From Camelus ferus (lineage: Eukaryota): 64,000 nucleotides of DNA. Within the stretch, counting starts at the first letter, position 1. Each line of letters opens with the position of its first letter. Positions 39,399 to 51,526 of this stretch are shown here, piece by piece. Under the pieces are notes generated by a model. That model had not been told where the DNA came from, did no database searches, and saw only the letters and a program-made list of their open reading frames with translations. Made by a program: the position numbers and the translations under genes. The stretch lies in contig NC_045697.1 in assembly GCF_009834535.1 (NCBI RefSeq), positions 101,496,001-101,560,000 on the forward strand, written 5' to 3'.

Positions 39399-39598
39399 CT
39401 TGAATCAAAATGATCCCCCTCCATCTCACTGCTGTGTGCCATGTCTGCCCTCAGACAGCACCCTTCATTCATCACCGACCGCAGCTCCCCTGGTGTCACG
39501 TCCACATGTCCTATGGGTTTCTCGGTGAGTTGCCTGGATGGAGGTTTCTTCCTGCGTCTTGCTGTGGAGCAGCTGCTCCAGATCCTGCCGCCATCCAT
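39399..39598 (-). CDS. Candidate coding part of an alternative first exon (MDGGRIWSSC...MEGDHFDS, phase-2 donor); gene unidentified
   Basis: ATG at 39598 in a strong Kozak context (AGGATGG), 66 open codons plus 2 nt to donor CAAG|GTATTG. Non-repeat, CpG-retaining sequence downstream of a TATA box. Confidence 0.35.
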
Positions 39599-39684
39599 CC
39601 TCAGCCAGGGTGCAGCCAAGCAGAGCGGTGCACATGGCTTGGGTATTGGCAGACTGGCTGCTTTCCAGGGCAGCTGGAAAAGGC

Positions 39685-39730
39685 TAGTGGGATGCTGTGT
39701 TGCTATGCATTTATATAGTGATTATCACCC
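39685..39730 (-). promoter_or_regulatory. Candidate TATA/Inr core promoter
   Basis: TATATAAA on the minus strand at 39717-39710, with an Inr-like CCCACT whose A (39688) lies 29 nt from the TATA start; TGATAA immediately upstream. Confidence 0.45.
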
Positions 39731-40339
39731 TTATGGCACGGCCCCAGGCTGATCAATGTGTCCAAACTTAATGGGACAGATGCACTTCTGCTTTTCACCT
39801 CTTTTTGAAGAGGGAAACAGAGAAAAGTGAGCCACAAATAGGCATTAGAAATGACTAGCTTATAAAAAACAAAGAATTAGCAAGCAAGCTTAAACTGTCT
39901 TTGATAGCATTACCGTGGGTGCAGACAAACACGGGGATGCTAAGAGTCTTGGCCAAGTATGCTCCATATTGTCACCAAATGGATGCCACCACACACTACA
40001 GATGCAAACCACATCTTTTAATTTCATGGTTTGTTTAGTTCAAAGGCTCTTTTATATACATTTATATCATTGTATGTTCACTGGGTTTTCATTACAAATA
40101 CTCCTTAAATGCACCATACAAGTAAAATTTTCATAAAATGACACTTTAAATTGTTTGGAAAACTTCATTTTATTACCCAGAAACAGACCATGTCTACAGT
40201 TAACTCAGTCATCCATGTCTATGGATGGAAACAATGGAATACATGGTGGATAGTGCAAAATCATCCAAAAGCCAGTTACACTACAGCTGTGTGCAGAATT
40301 TAATAACCTGAATTAACAATGTACTGAATGTTCTGTTTC

Positions 40340-40900
40340 ACCCATTTCACAACAGACTCTTACTTCCCCACTGGTTACTACTGCTGTCTCCTTTCCTTGA
40401 AACTTCCCTAATCCATAAATTCCTTGATACCACTCTGGGTCATTCTATCTCCTGGTAGACTCTTTTTCTTTCTCTCTCTCTCTAAAAAAGCACATGTCGT
40501 AAGGTTCAGGGTATCATGCTTTCTCCTTCCTTGTATCTACTCCCATCCCCAAGATCTCATCCACCTTCACATCCTCAACTTTCATCTCTTTGCAGATGAC
40601 TCTGAAACTTTTATTTTCCACCTTAAGTTGGGCATACATAAGTCTCATATGAATTGTTCCATAAGGGTATTAGAACAACTGATGATTCATTTGGGAAAAG
40701 ATAAGTATTTGCCATATACAAAATTCAATCCTAAATGAGTTAAAGAGGTAAAGATTTTTTAACAAAAATACATAGTAGTCATAAAGTTTGGATATATATA
40801 TATATTTTTTTAATAATGTAATATAAATATATATATATATATACACACACAAATTGAATCTCTTTGATGATGTCTTCTGAGATACACTAAAGGCACAGAT
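40340..40900 (+). mobile_element. L2 fragment followed by ancient L1 fragment and (TA)n
   Basis: ctttcatctctttgcagatgactctg (L2 YADD region), then ccatatacaaaattcaatcctaaatgagttaaagag (L1), and a TA-rich tract at ~40792-40850. Confidence 0.55.
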
Positions 40901-41540
40901 TTATCCAATGAAAATCAGAGATACAAATCAATGCATCACAGATGCATGTGCAGGGATTTAGGATAATTTCATGTTAATGTATCCCATTTGTTGCAAATTT
41001 GTAGAGCATTGAACTATGCAGCACTAATAAGAAACAACACATTGAACATATTATGAATGTCACTGAATGTATTTATGGTAACACAATATCAATAAGCCAC
41101 TTATGCATATTTAGTTAGGCTTCCGGAACTTCTGGTCATCATGTTTAACAAGTATATCATGTTTAAGGAGTATATGTTTTTTTATTTAAAATTATGGGAA
41201 AAGAAAAGCCTTTCTACATATGCAATAAAAGTCAAAAAGCAAATTTTAAAATGCATTTTTTAAAGGTTCCCGAAGAATCCAAATTATTCACAGAGATTGT
41301 CTTTATGAGTGGGAAATTTTTATGTTTTATTCTAACTGCTGATAACAATACAAAAATATATCTTGCCTCTAATATCTTTGACTAAGCAGGAATCAACATG
41401 CAGAGAAAAATAAACTTCTCTCCCTAAGTTATTTTCAAGTTAGCTGATTCTACAAGTCTATATGAAATGACAGAAATAAGTGTAACTATTTTGATTAGAA
41501 ATGTCAGAAACAATGAAAAGCAGTTCCAAAAAACAATGGG

Positions 41541-41591
41541 AAAATAAATTATGGATTAAAATAAATTATAGATTAAAATTACAGATTAAAA
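41541..41591 (+). repeat. Short tandem repeat (aaaataaattatRgatt) x2 plus a degenerate third copy
   Basis: Direct reading. Confidence 0.7.
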
Positions 41592-42633
41592 ATATTAAAA
41601 GTTGTTTCCCAAGCTTTTATCCTTAGAACATTGGCACTTCAGAATATAAGTGTTCTGTAGGAGAAACAAACTGCTTCATCATCCAAAAAGTTTGGAAGAA
41701 ATCTAGGCTAAGCATGAACATGTTTCATAACTTCCAGACTCCTTGAAGCCCTTAACATATGTTCATGCAGGTGGTGAATCTCTAACGGAGGGAGGCAGTA
41801 TCCAATGCATCCCACATTGATTTAATTACAACCCCCCTTTTTTATGATAGCTATTAACAGCTCATGTTGTGCAAAATGCTTATCAACATGTCAAGGAAGT
41901 TGCTAAATTTAAAATAATTAGTTCCAAAAATAGACATTACAAATTGTACCCCTGATTCCTTAGCTAACCAAATAAATCTAGTCCATAGATAGACTGCACC
42001 ATGTGTTTCCTAAATAGCAGCAGAAAGTTTTAGGACTTCTTGGGAAAAAATAACCTATCTGTTCATCTTAACCTGTGCTCCAGATATTTGGATTCACAGT
42101 TTATTTACCACAGCTATATCCGGGCTTAGGGATTCCTTCCCCCATACCTATTAATCTTCTTTCACGGTCTGTAATTAAAACATATATAATGTTTTAGATG
42201 ATTAATAAGGTTGCCCTCCTTCTGTTTAAAAGCTTCAGAGCAAGAGCTTTTGAGTTCAGAATTTTGTACCTTCTGAATGTAATTATGCTAAAACACTGCA
42301 CACCAAAAAGTGAGTAGCAGAATTCCCATAATTCAAATGATTTATACTGATTAATAGTGTTTATACTCACAAGCAAGTCAGATTAAGTACAATAAGTGCA
42401 TTCTAGAGTTCTTGCTGGGATTTCTTTCCCCTTTAGACTAGCCTGCAAACACTATAAGGTCAGAAACCAGACTGCCCCTTTGGGCAGAGACATAGATGTT
42501 TTTACACTTCTTGAATAACATTAAACATCTTTCCTTGTTGCAATGACTCAGAGGCTTGCTATTTAACCATTCCATTTCCATAATTAAATGGGCTACATGT
42601 AGATTTCAGTAATTTCTAACCAATACCCTAGAA

Positions 42634-42861
42634 CAGGAGGCCAGCAAACTATAGCCCTTGGGCCATATTCAGCTAGCATCTGTTTTGCAAGTAAAATTTT
42701 ATTGGAACAGAGCCACACCTATTTATTTAAATATTGCCTATGATTATTTTCAAGCCACGAAAGCAGGCTTGAGCAATTGCAAGAAAATTTCCTTTCTGGC
42801 CAATAAAGCCTAAAATATTTACTATGTAGTCCTTTACAAAAAAAAAGTCTGCCAACCCCTG
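42634..42861. mobile_element. MER58A hAT MITE
   Basis: caggaggccagcaaactatagccc...aaaattttattggaacagagccacacc...gtctgccaacccctg. Confidence 0.85.
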
Positions 42862-43216
42862 GTATAGAATTCTAAACAGGTCAGTTCTCTTGCTGTCAGG
42901 GTAACTGCTGTTAGACTTGGTTTTGGAATTGAGTCTGTTCATATATTTGAATATTGGAGTCTCTCATTTTCTGAGCATTCACAATTTTTATTAGTGAAAT
43001 TATATTTTAAGTCTCTGATTGGGGAATTTATGTCTTTTCCCAACCTTGCCTCTTGGTTCAGAAATGCTTGATCTTCTGACATTAATGAAAAGCTCCAACC
43101 ACATAAAAAAATATTGGTTCACTTCCTAGAGAAATAAACATAATGAAAGATTTGAAATACTCTACACAGAAACCTATGAAACAGTACTAAGATAAAATTT
43201 AAAAGATATATTTAGA

Positions 43217-43218
<2 letters not shown>

Positions 43219-43250
<32 letters not shown>
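43219..43250 (+). repeat. (GT)16 microsatellite
   Basis: Direct reading. Confidence 0.95.
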
Positions 43251-43252
<2 letters not shown>

Positions 43253-43299
43253 GGCTATAGTTTGCTGGCCTCCTGCTCTAGGGCATTGGTTAGAAATTA
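43251..43299 (-). repeat. 49-bp inverted copy of 42610-42658
   Basis: The reverse complement matches at 47/49 positions. Confidence 0.9.
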
Positions 43300-43858
43300 T
43301 ATACATATGGAGAGAAATGGTTAGAAATTGTTTTATACATATATATATGGAGAGAGACAGAGATTCCAAGACTCAATCCAGAGATAGACTCAACTTTTAA
43401 ATTTATCAATTCCCTCCAGATGGATCTATAAATTTAATGAAATACCAATAAAAATCACACTAGAGATTTTAGCAGAAACTGACAAGCTGATTCTATGATT
43501 TATATGGGAATACAAAAAACAAAGAATAGCTAAGATAAAGAACAAATTTGGAGGATTTATACTACCCAGATACCAAGATGTATTATAAACCTACGTAGTA
43601 AAAAGTGAGGTTTTGGCACAGTAGAGATACATAGGTCAATGAACAGAAACCAGAATCTAGAAAAATAAGAAAACATATATGTTCATTTGATGTATGACAA
43701 ATAAATTATCCTGGGTCAGTTGTTTATTCACATAAAATAAAAATAAATCTTAACCTCATCCTCATATAAAAAACCAATTCCAAGTAGATTGTGAGACTAA
43801 CTGTGAAATATAAAATAATACAATTTCTAGAAGATAACATTAAGAAAGTCTTCCAGAT

Positions 43859-44458
43859 TGTGGGACAGACCCTAGGGTGGCCCCTATGATTCCTGTCCCT
43901 GGTGCTCACATTCCCTTTGAGTGTGAAGGGAATCTGTGAGTTGTTCTAACCAATAGAATGTGGCAAAAGTTCAAGGTTTCCCAATTTAATTAAAGCCTCA
44001 AAAAAGTTAATTTAGAGTTATTATCAAAAGGGGGATTATCCCATATGGATCTGTCTTAATCAGGTGACGCCTTTAAAAGAAGGACTCTCCTTGGGGTCCT
44101 GATGAAGTCAGTAGCCTTGTGAGGAAGCTCACGTGATGCACTGCAGGTGGCCTCAAGGAACTACAAGTGGCCCTGTGACCTGAGGGTGGCCGCCAGCCAC
44201 CAGCCAGCAAAAATCCAGGGTCCTCAGTCCTACAGACACTGCCAACAATCTGAATGATCTTAGGAGTAGACTCTTCCCAGTGGAGTCTCCAAATGAAAAC
44301 ACAGCCTAGCTAATTCCTTGATTTCAACTTTGTGAGACCCTGAGCAAGGACAAAGCAAAGCCATGCTCAGACTTCTGACCCACAGAAACTATGAGATAAT
44401 GTTATTTAAGCTGCTAAGTTTATAGTAAGTTGTTCAGCAGCAACAGAAAACCAATACA
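43859..44458 (+). mobile_element. MaLR solo LTR (MLT1E/F-like) nested in L1
   Basis: tgtgggacagaccctagggtggcccc...ccagcaaaaatccagggtcctcagtcctaca...cagcagcaacagaaaaccaataca. Confidence 0.85.
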
Positions 44459-46149
44459 ATGACTGTGAGGTCGGCAAACATTTCTTTAGTAGAATACATA
44501 AAAGCACTAACTATAAAGGAAAAGATAAATTAGACTTCATTAAAATTAAAGCTCTCTTTAATCACCATTAAGAGAGTAAAAAGGCAAGCTGTAAAGGGTA
44601 AGAATAAATTCAAAACCCATACATTCAAAGGACTCAATTCCATAAAACTCCTATAAATCAATAAGAAACAGATAGACAACTCAATTTTTTAATAGGAAAA
44701 AATTTAAACAGGTACTTCACAGAAAGGACATCAAAGGGCCATAAACACATGAACAGGTGTTTAACATCATTATTCTTTCAGTAAAATGAATATGAAAATC
44801 ATAATAAAAAACACTATAATCCACCAGAAGAGCTAACAGTTTAAAAAAAAAAAAACTGAACTAAACCAAATAGTGACCAGGATGTGTTACAACTGGAACT
44901 CTTACACGCTGCCAGTAGATGTGTAAATTGGCATTACTACTACTTCTGAAACTGGTTTGAAAGTATCTACCAAAGCTGAATATATACATATTCTATGATT
45001 CCTCAATTCCACTTCAGGGTGTATACTGAACAAAAATGTGTACGTATGTACTAGAATACTAATATCCTTGAATATTAATATTTGACTATATTTAATAGTC
45101 AAAACCTGTAAGCGATTCAAATATTAATTAATAATCGAATGGATGAATAAATTGTGGTAATTCATACAACAGGATACTATGCAATAATTAAAATGAACAA
45201 ACAAATATATACAACATACATGAATACCACAAACAGAAAGTTGAATGAAAGAATCCAAACAAAAGGATACACACTATACAAATCCATTTGCAATGTTCAA
45301 AACAGTCAAAACTCATCGATGGTTAGAAATGTCAAAATGCAGGTTACTTTGGAATAATGAGTGGAGGCCTGGCAAAAGGAGAGTTTCTGGGTACTTCAGA
45401 ATATTCTGTTTCTTGATCTGGCGGGTAGTTGCACAGATGTGTTCATTTTGTGAAGATTCATAGAGCACACACTTAAGATTGGTGTACTTTTTTATATGTA
45501 TGCTTTTTTCAATAAAAATTCACCAAGACAATCCAAATAAAATCCAAATAAAAGGATCAATGAAGAAGGTACTGTTCAGAAGAGGACTAGAGAGGTAAGG
45601 TAAGGGTTAGTTAAGTGTGATTTTTGGCACCAGGATGGATAAATAGACCAACAGAACAGAACAGGGAATCCAGGATCAGAAGCACACATTTAGGGTCACT
45701 TGTTTTAATGCTGATGATCCATGACTTGAAAATTTTCAAAGCCGAAAGAAATAGAAGAAAAGAGTTAGTGAAAGTACTATCTAAAATAGTGAACAGTTAA
45801 AAGAGCAAGAGAAATTAAGGGAGCAGGTTAAAAGCAAGGAGAGTGGCTATACACTCAAAACCAAAACAACAAACAAAAAAACACAACCCTGGTGGAAGTT
45901 TCCGAAGAAGGAATTCCTAGAAGATCTGTGGGTGGTGAAACATGAAAGCAGCAGACAGAGAAAAGTGCAGAGTCACGGAGCAGACCCCATTCTTTGGGGA
46001 AAAAACTGCTTCCCTGACAATGGGGTCACAATGCTCAAAATAATGTGGAATCAATGCTATGTTATTGCCTTGATTATACTGACTAGGTGATGGGATAAAA
46101 ATTTGAGATATGAGACTATGTTGCCCCATTCCTGTTCTGGCCATCTTGG

Positions 46150-46707
46150 TGCATGAACAAACTGCCCTAACACAGCATGTAAATATATTATTGCCCATGA
46201 TTTTGGAGATCACAAATTTGGAGAGTCTCAGCTGAGCGTGTCTTATGCTCCGCATGGTGTCAATAGATGAGACTTGGTGCATTCAGTTTGTGACTGGGCT
46301 CACCGGAAGGGTCCGAGACAACATCACTTAGTGTTATGCCTAGTGCCTTGGCTGGGATGGCTGGCTGGGCTCAGCTAAAACCATTCATCAGAATGCTCAC
46401 ATGCACCCTCTCCAGAATGGCCATCTCAGAGTAGTTGGACTTCACTTAGATGCTTTGGGTTCCCGGGCAGTGTTCCAGAAGTGAGCATTCCAAGAGGCCC
46501 AGGCAGATGCTGCAAGACTCCTTGGCCTAGCTTTAGAAGTTTCAGAACGTTGCTATCACCTCATTCTATTAGTCAAGCAAGTCAACTGGGCCAGTCTAGA
46601 TTCAGGAGGAGGAGGGTGAAACACACTATTACATAATGAGGAATTAACATGCATGCACGGGTAAGGAAGGAAGTGATGCCAGCCGTCTTAGAAGTATGCT
46701 ACCATAC
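46150..46707 (-). mobile_element. MaLR LTR (MLT1G/H-like)
   Basis: tattattgcccatgattttgg...gctgggatggctgg...ctagctttagaagt...attctattagtcaagcaagtca...gccagtctagattca. Confidence 0.7.
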
Positions 46708-47774
46708 CCCATCACCTGTGTGTCCAAGACATTCTTCATACTAAGTCAGTGGCATTCACTGCCTCAGGAGAGGAATCACAAAGTACACAAGGAACAAAAG
46801 ACCCAAATCTTAGCTCTAGAATAAAGATGGACACCAACAACTGAGGATCAGCCTCTGGAAGGTGAAAACAGATACCGAAAAGGACAATTGATGGCTGGAG
46901 AATAGATACCCCGCCTCTCTAGTTGGGCACCGGAGAAAGACCCCTCAGAATATGTATTCCTTCTCAGGGAGAACAGAAAGGAGAAAATCCTGAATGGAAT
47001 GAGGAATTTCTGAGTTGACTGAAGTGACAATGGTTAAATTTGTGCCACTAGGCAAAATGGGATGAAACAGAAATTAATTCCAGTTGGAGAAAAATAAAAT
47101 TATATTTTTGAAACTAAATTTGTGGGCAGTTAAATTAATACCTATATAATTACTTTAAGCTTTTGTTCCTATTGGTTTGATCATTTTAATTATTCATATA
47201 CTACAATTCAGCTAACTCTGTTGAGTAATTTTTCTATTTCATTTTTCCTGAAATCTTTGATAATCTCCTTATTCTCTCATAGCAAAGAATGAACTGCCTT
47301 ATTATTTGCCACAATGCCATAGATTTGATGACTTTTAAAACCCAATTTGTCTTAGACATAAAATATTTACTATTTTAAACACTTAGTTAATTTCTATTGA
47401 CTCATATTCTTCTAAATATTACACTTCTGAGGTTGTCTAGTCCATTATTCCTGAAGGAGCCCCTAACATAATACCTTCCCAAGTTCATTACTATTTGTTT
47501 GAGGAAAGCTTTTGTCCTTGAGCAGTTATAACACTTTTCAGAGACAGCTGGGCAAATATTCACCAAGATAAGCCACCTGATATAACTGATGCAAGAGGTA
47601 CTTCTGAAGTACAGACAGAACTGCAAAGAACAGAATTTTAAGGGCCAAAGATAAATTCGCAATTGCAGATTTATTCACCATAAGCATAAAAAAGCTGATA
47701 GATTCAGCAAACACCACCAACCAAGGCAGACACACACTGTAGCCTTTTCACAAAGAAATTCTCAGTTATCTTTT

Positions 47775-47975
47775 GGGGGGGGCATAGCCAATTTATTATT
47801 TTTTTTTACGTTTTTTCATTGAGTTATAGTCGTTTTACAATGTTGCGTCAATTACAGTGTAGAGCACAATTTTTCAGTTATAGATGAACATACATATACT
47901 CATTGTCACATTTTTTTTTTGCTGTGAGCTACCACAAGATCTTGTACACACTACCCTGTGCTACACAGTATAATC
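47775..47975 (-). mobile_element. Short, relatively young L1 3' end
   Basis: Poly-T, cattgagttatagtcgttttacaatgttgcgtc...ccctgtgctacacagtataatct; candidate TSD ttatctttt at 47766-47774 and 47976-47984. Confidence 0.75.
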
Positions 47976-47989
47976 TTATCTTTTTTAAT

Positions 47990-49046
47990 CGTAGCTTCCC
48001 TATTTGCCCACTTCATTTGTACTACATTCAGAATTCTTGTACATTCCAATTATGCAGAAGGTTACATTCATGCTCAAATGATATCCCCACTTACACTTTC
48101 GCTCCACTTCAGTTTATTCCCAACCAAGAGCCAGAGTGATCTGTTTAGACATGTCAAATCATGTCACTCCTTTAACAGAGTAAATAGCTTGCTGAGAATT
48201 AATTGCAAAGTCCTTATAACAGCAGACAAGACACCTGTGGGATCTGGGCCTCCATTGCTTTTCTGCTCTCATTTACTGTCTGTACTCCGTTCACTTCACT
48301 TCAGCCTCACTGGTCTCCAGGTTGTTCCTACACTGTATCAGGCAGGTGCTCACTGCCTGTGACAATCTTTCCTCAGATTTTCACATGGTTTATTCCTTAT
48401 GTTTTTCAAATCTTTGCTCACATGCTCTCTCTTTTTTTTTTTAATTTAAGAATAGTTGATTTACAAAGTTGTGTTAGTCTCAGGTGTACAGCAAAGTAAT
48501 TCATTTATACAAATATATGCTCTTTTTCAGATTCTTTTCCATTATAGGTTATGACAAGATATTGAATATAGTTCCCTGTGCTATACAGTAGGACTTTGTT
48601 GTTTATCTATTTTATATACAGTAGTTTGTACCTGCTAATCCCAAATGCCTAATTTATCCCTCCACCTCCTCCTTTTCCCTTTGGTAACCATAAATTTGTT
48701 TTCTGTGTCTGTGAGTTTGTTTCTGTTTTGTAGATAAGTTCATTTGTATCACTTTTTAAGATTCTATATATAAGTGATGTCACTTGATCAAATGCTTTCT
48801 TCTTAATGAGACCACCCCTTTAAAATTTCACCCACCACATGCATTATTTTTCTCCACAGCACTAATCACTTCCTAACATATTAAATAATCATTTATTTTC
48901 CTTATTTTTCTGTCCCCCATCCATCAAAATTTCAACTCAATGAGTGAATCTGTTTTCTGTTTTGTTCACCGATTACCACTAACCCCCTAAAACACTGCCT
49001 GGCACATAGTATGCCATCAACAAATATTTGCTGAATGAATAAATGA
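47990..49046 (+). mobile_element. L2 3' region interrupted by L1
   Basis: gccagagtgatctgttt, atcatgtcactcct, and the terminus cctggcacatagtatgccatcaacaaatatttgctgaatgaataaatga. Confidence 0.8.
48432..48783 (-). mobile_element. L1 3' end, 5'-truncated
   Basis: Same family as 3084-3660 (atagttgatttacaa...gatattgaatatagttccctgtgctatacagtagga); degenerate TSD ttgctcacatgctctct / ttgatcaaatgctttct. Confidence 0.85.
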
Positions 49047-50569
49047 TGACAAAGATTGTAGGTATTATTACAAAAAAAGGTAGGTATTGGTTACCCTGCT
49101 TTTCTTTGATATATTTCATTTTTAACTAGCATTATCCAGGACTTCAGCTATTAATAGTATCATAGAAAATCATCTCCTGTCTTTTCTATCCCCAATACTT
49201 TGTATCTATACCTCTATTCTTTCTAAGGGACAATGACAGCCATTAATGATTCCTGGAGACTCTGGCCTTAGGTTCTGATTTTTATACCTTAACCAAGTCT
49301 GAGAACGTCATTTCTCTGTGTATCTGTAAAAGGTAGTAATTACTGATACTATTGTCCAGGATTCCTTTAAGATAAATATCAAGGTGACTTATGTTTGTGA
49401 GGGCAATGGAAACTTATTAAAATTTCCTCAATAACTGAAATGAGTGGAAGGGAATGATAGTACGAGACCAGCAGTAGAGAAAGTCAGCTGCAAAATATAA
49501 AGAGGGTTGCAGAACTTGAATCTTCTTTGTTCCATGAGCATTCTGATCCAAATTTAAGGCAAAACAAGAGAACAGGCAAGGGAAAAGACCCAACAAATTA
49601 AAAATAAGAAGATCCTATGACACTAAAACCAGTGGCTAATGCAACAGTAAAATACCACTACTAATACAGATAGTAACTAAGAATAAATAACTACAGGTTA
49701 AACAAAATCTCAGAGTGCAGGCTAAAACAGTAGGTAACTCAAGAGACAATATATGTAGCCAAGGACTCAGAGCACTGCATGGGGCTAATGACAGATTTCT
49801 TAAAGTTCACATGTGACAGCATTCCTCAACAATCAAGACTTCTTGAGGAAATTCTGTTTGATGAGCCCAGTCAAACTTCCTGTGGCTTATGGGCCAACTG
49901 CCTATTCCCCATACCTGGGAGAGGTGGAGGGAGAAAAAAAAAAGCTGGCAGTGAGAAAGTGAAACAAGATCTGTTCAGTGTCCTATTCATCACACCTCAA
50001 CACATGCACTCATGCTCCTCCGGCCTTTTGGGAAACCAATGAGAGGAGTGTTTTTAAAAGGAGTTCTTCATATTCTTTCAAGGGAGCATACAGAAACAGA
50101 GCAAACCATGCAGATGGAAGTGTCCCAGCTGTATTCTCTGTATTTTCTCTCAACCATATAAAAATCAATGCAGAAATGTTTTGTCTTGCATAAAACACTC
50201 ATAGAAAGGGTAGCAATTCTTCCACACCCTTTCCCTGCTTTATGTCTAGATCAGCTAGCTGGTGTTGTGGTGTCCATGGTATCAAGGTCATAAAAAGGAG
50301 GCAAGAGTTTGAAAGCAGACTGGATTAGTCCCTATATAATCTGGTAGTGAGCCAAAGAAAAAGATGTAAGGTCAAGAAGCCCATAAGGTAGAGTCCTTCT
50401 GGATCAGAGATTTAAGTTGGCGAAACTCTCTAGACTCGATGGTCTTAATAATCAGACAATAAACACTGCAAGAGGTTCCTGAGGCAAATAAATACATAAA
50501 TTAATTTTTTAATTAAAAGGGGGCAGGGGCAGTGAAAGGAGAATTATTTGCTCCTAAGTTCTGTAGTTC

Positions 50570-51526
50570 TCATTCACACCACAATGGCTAAAATTAAAAG
50601 GACTGACAACACTAAAAGTTGACAAGGATATGGAGCAATTGGAAATCTTATATATTTTTAACAGGAATGTAAAATGATATAAACATTTTGAAAAAAGGTT
50701 TGGCAGTTTCTTACAGAACTAAACAAACTCCTCCTACCCCATTTCTTAGCAATCCCACTTTGAGATATTTGCCTAAGAGAAATGAAAACGTATGTTTATA
50801 TGAAACACTTGTACAATAATATTCATGGTATTAATCATAGTGACCCAAAACTAGAAAAGTCCAGGGTCCATCAAAAAGAGAATGAATAAACTATCTGTTT
50901 ATCTGTATATAAGGGAATACCACATGGCAATAAAAAGGAATAAACCACCAATATATGCAACAACATAAGTGGATCTCAAAAGCATCATGCTATGTGAAAA
51001 AAGCCAGACACAAAAGAGCACATATTATTCCATTTATATGACATTCTAGAAGAGAATGTCTATGTTGGAAAAAATCAGAAGAGTATTTTCCTCTGGGGAT
51101 AGAGGTAGGGTTTGACTGGGGAGAGTCAAGAAGGAATTTTCTTGGGTGGTGGTGATATTCTATGTCTTGATAGGGGTTTGGTTTTAACAAGCATATTCAT
51201 TGGTCAAAACTCAGTGAATGTGCTGGCAATGTTTGTGTATTTTGTTATATATAAGTTTTATGTAAAAATAGATATCTAATTCTAGTTCATAATATGAATG
51301 CTGAAATATTCAGGGAGAAGTATACTGATAGCCACAATTTACTCTGAAATGCATCAAAAAGCTAAAATGGATTAAAGGATGGATAAAGTGATATATAAAT
51401 ATATGATAAAGCATTTATAGGATAATAGAAGTGAGAGAATCTGGGTTGTGGTTCTATATATAGTGTTGTTTTTCACTGTAAAATTCTCTCAACTTTGCTG
51501 ATTATTTAAAAAGTATCATAATAAAA
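50570..51526 (+). mobile_element. L1MB/MC-type 3' end
   Basis: aatggctaaaattaaaaggactgacaacac...gagaaatgaaaacgtatg...aaagccagacacaaaagag...tgtaaaattctctcaactttgct. Confidence 0.8.

Larger units (their letters stand above)
43125..45530 (+). mobile_element. Old L1 (L1MC/ME-type) ORF2 3' half and 3' UTR, interrupted by (GT)16, a templated insertion and an MLT1 LTR
   Basis: gaaactgacaagctgattct, ttagacttcattaaaattaa, aaacaggtacttcacagaa, and ...ttcaataaaa at the end. Confidence 0.8.

Noticed and set aside
47541..47641. Plus-strand terminal exon candidate (DSWANIHQDKPPDITDARGTSEVQTELQRTEF*)
   Set aside because: Only a modest acceptor and a short open frame; no partner exons or recognisable homology.
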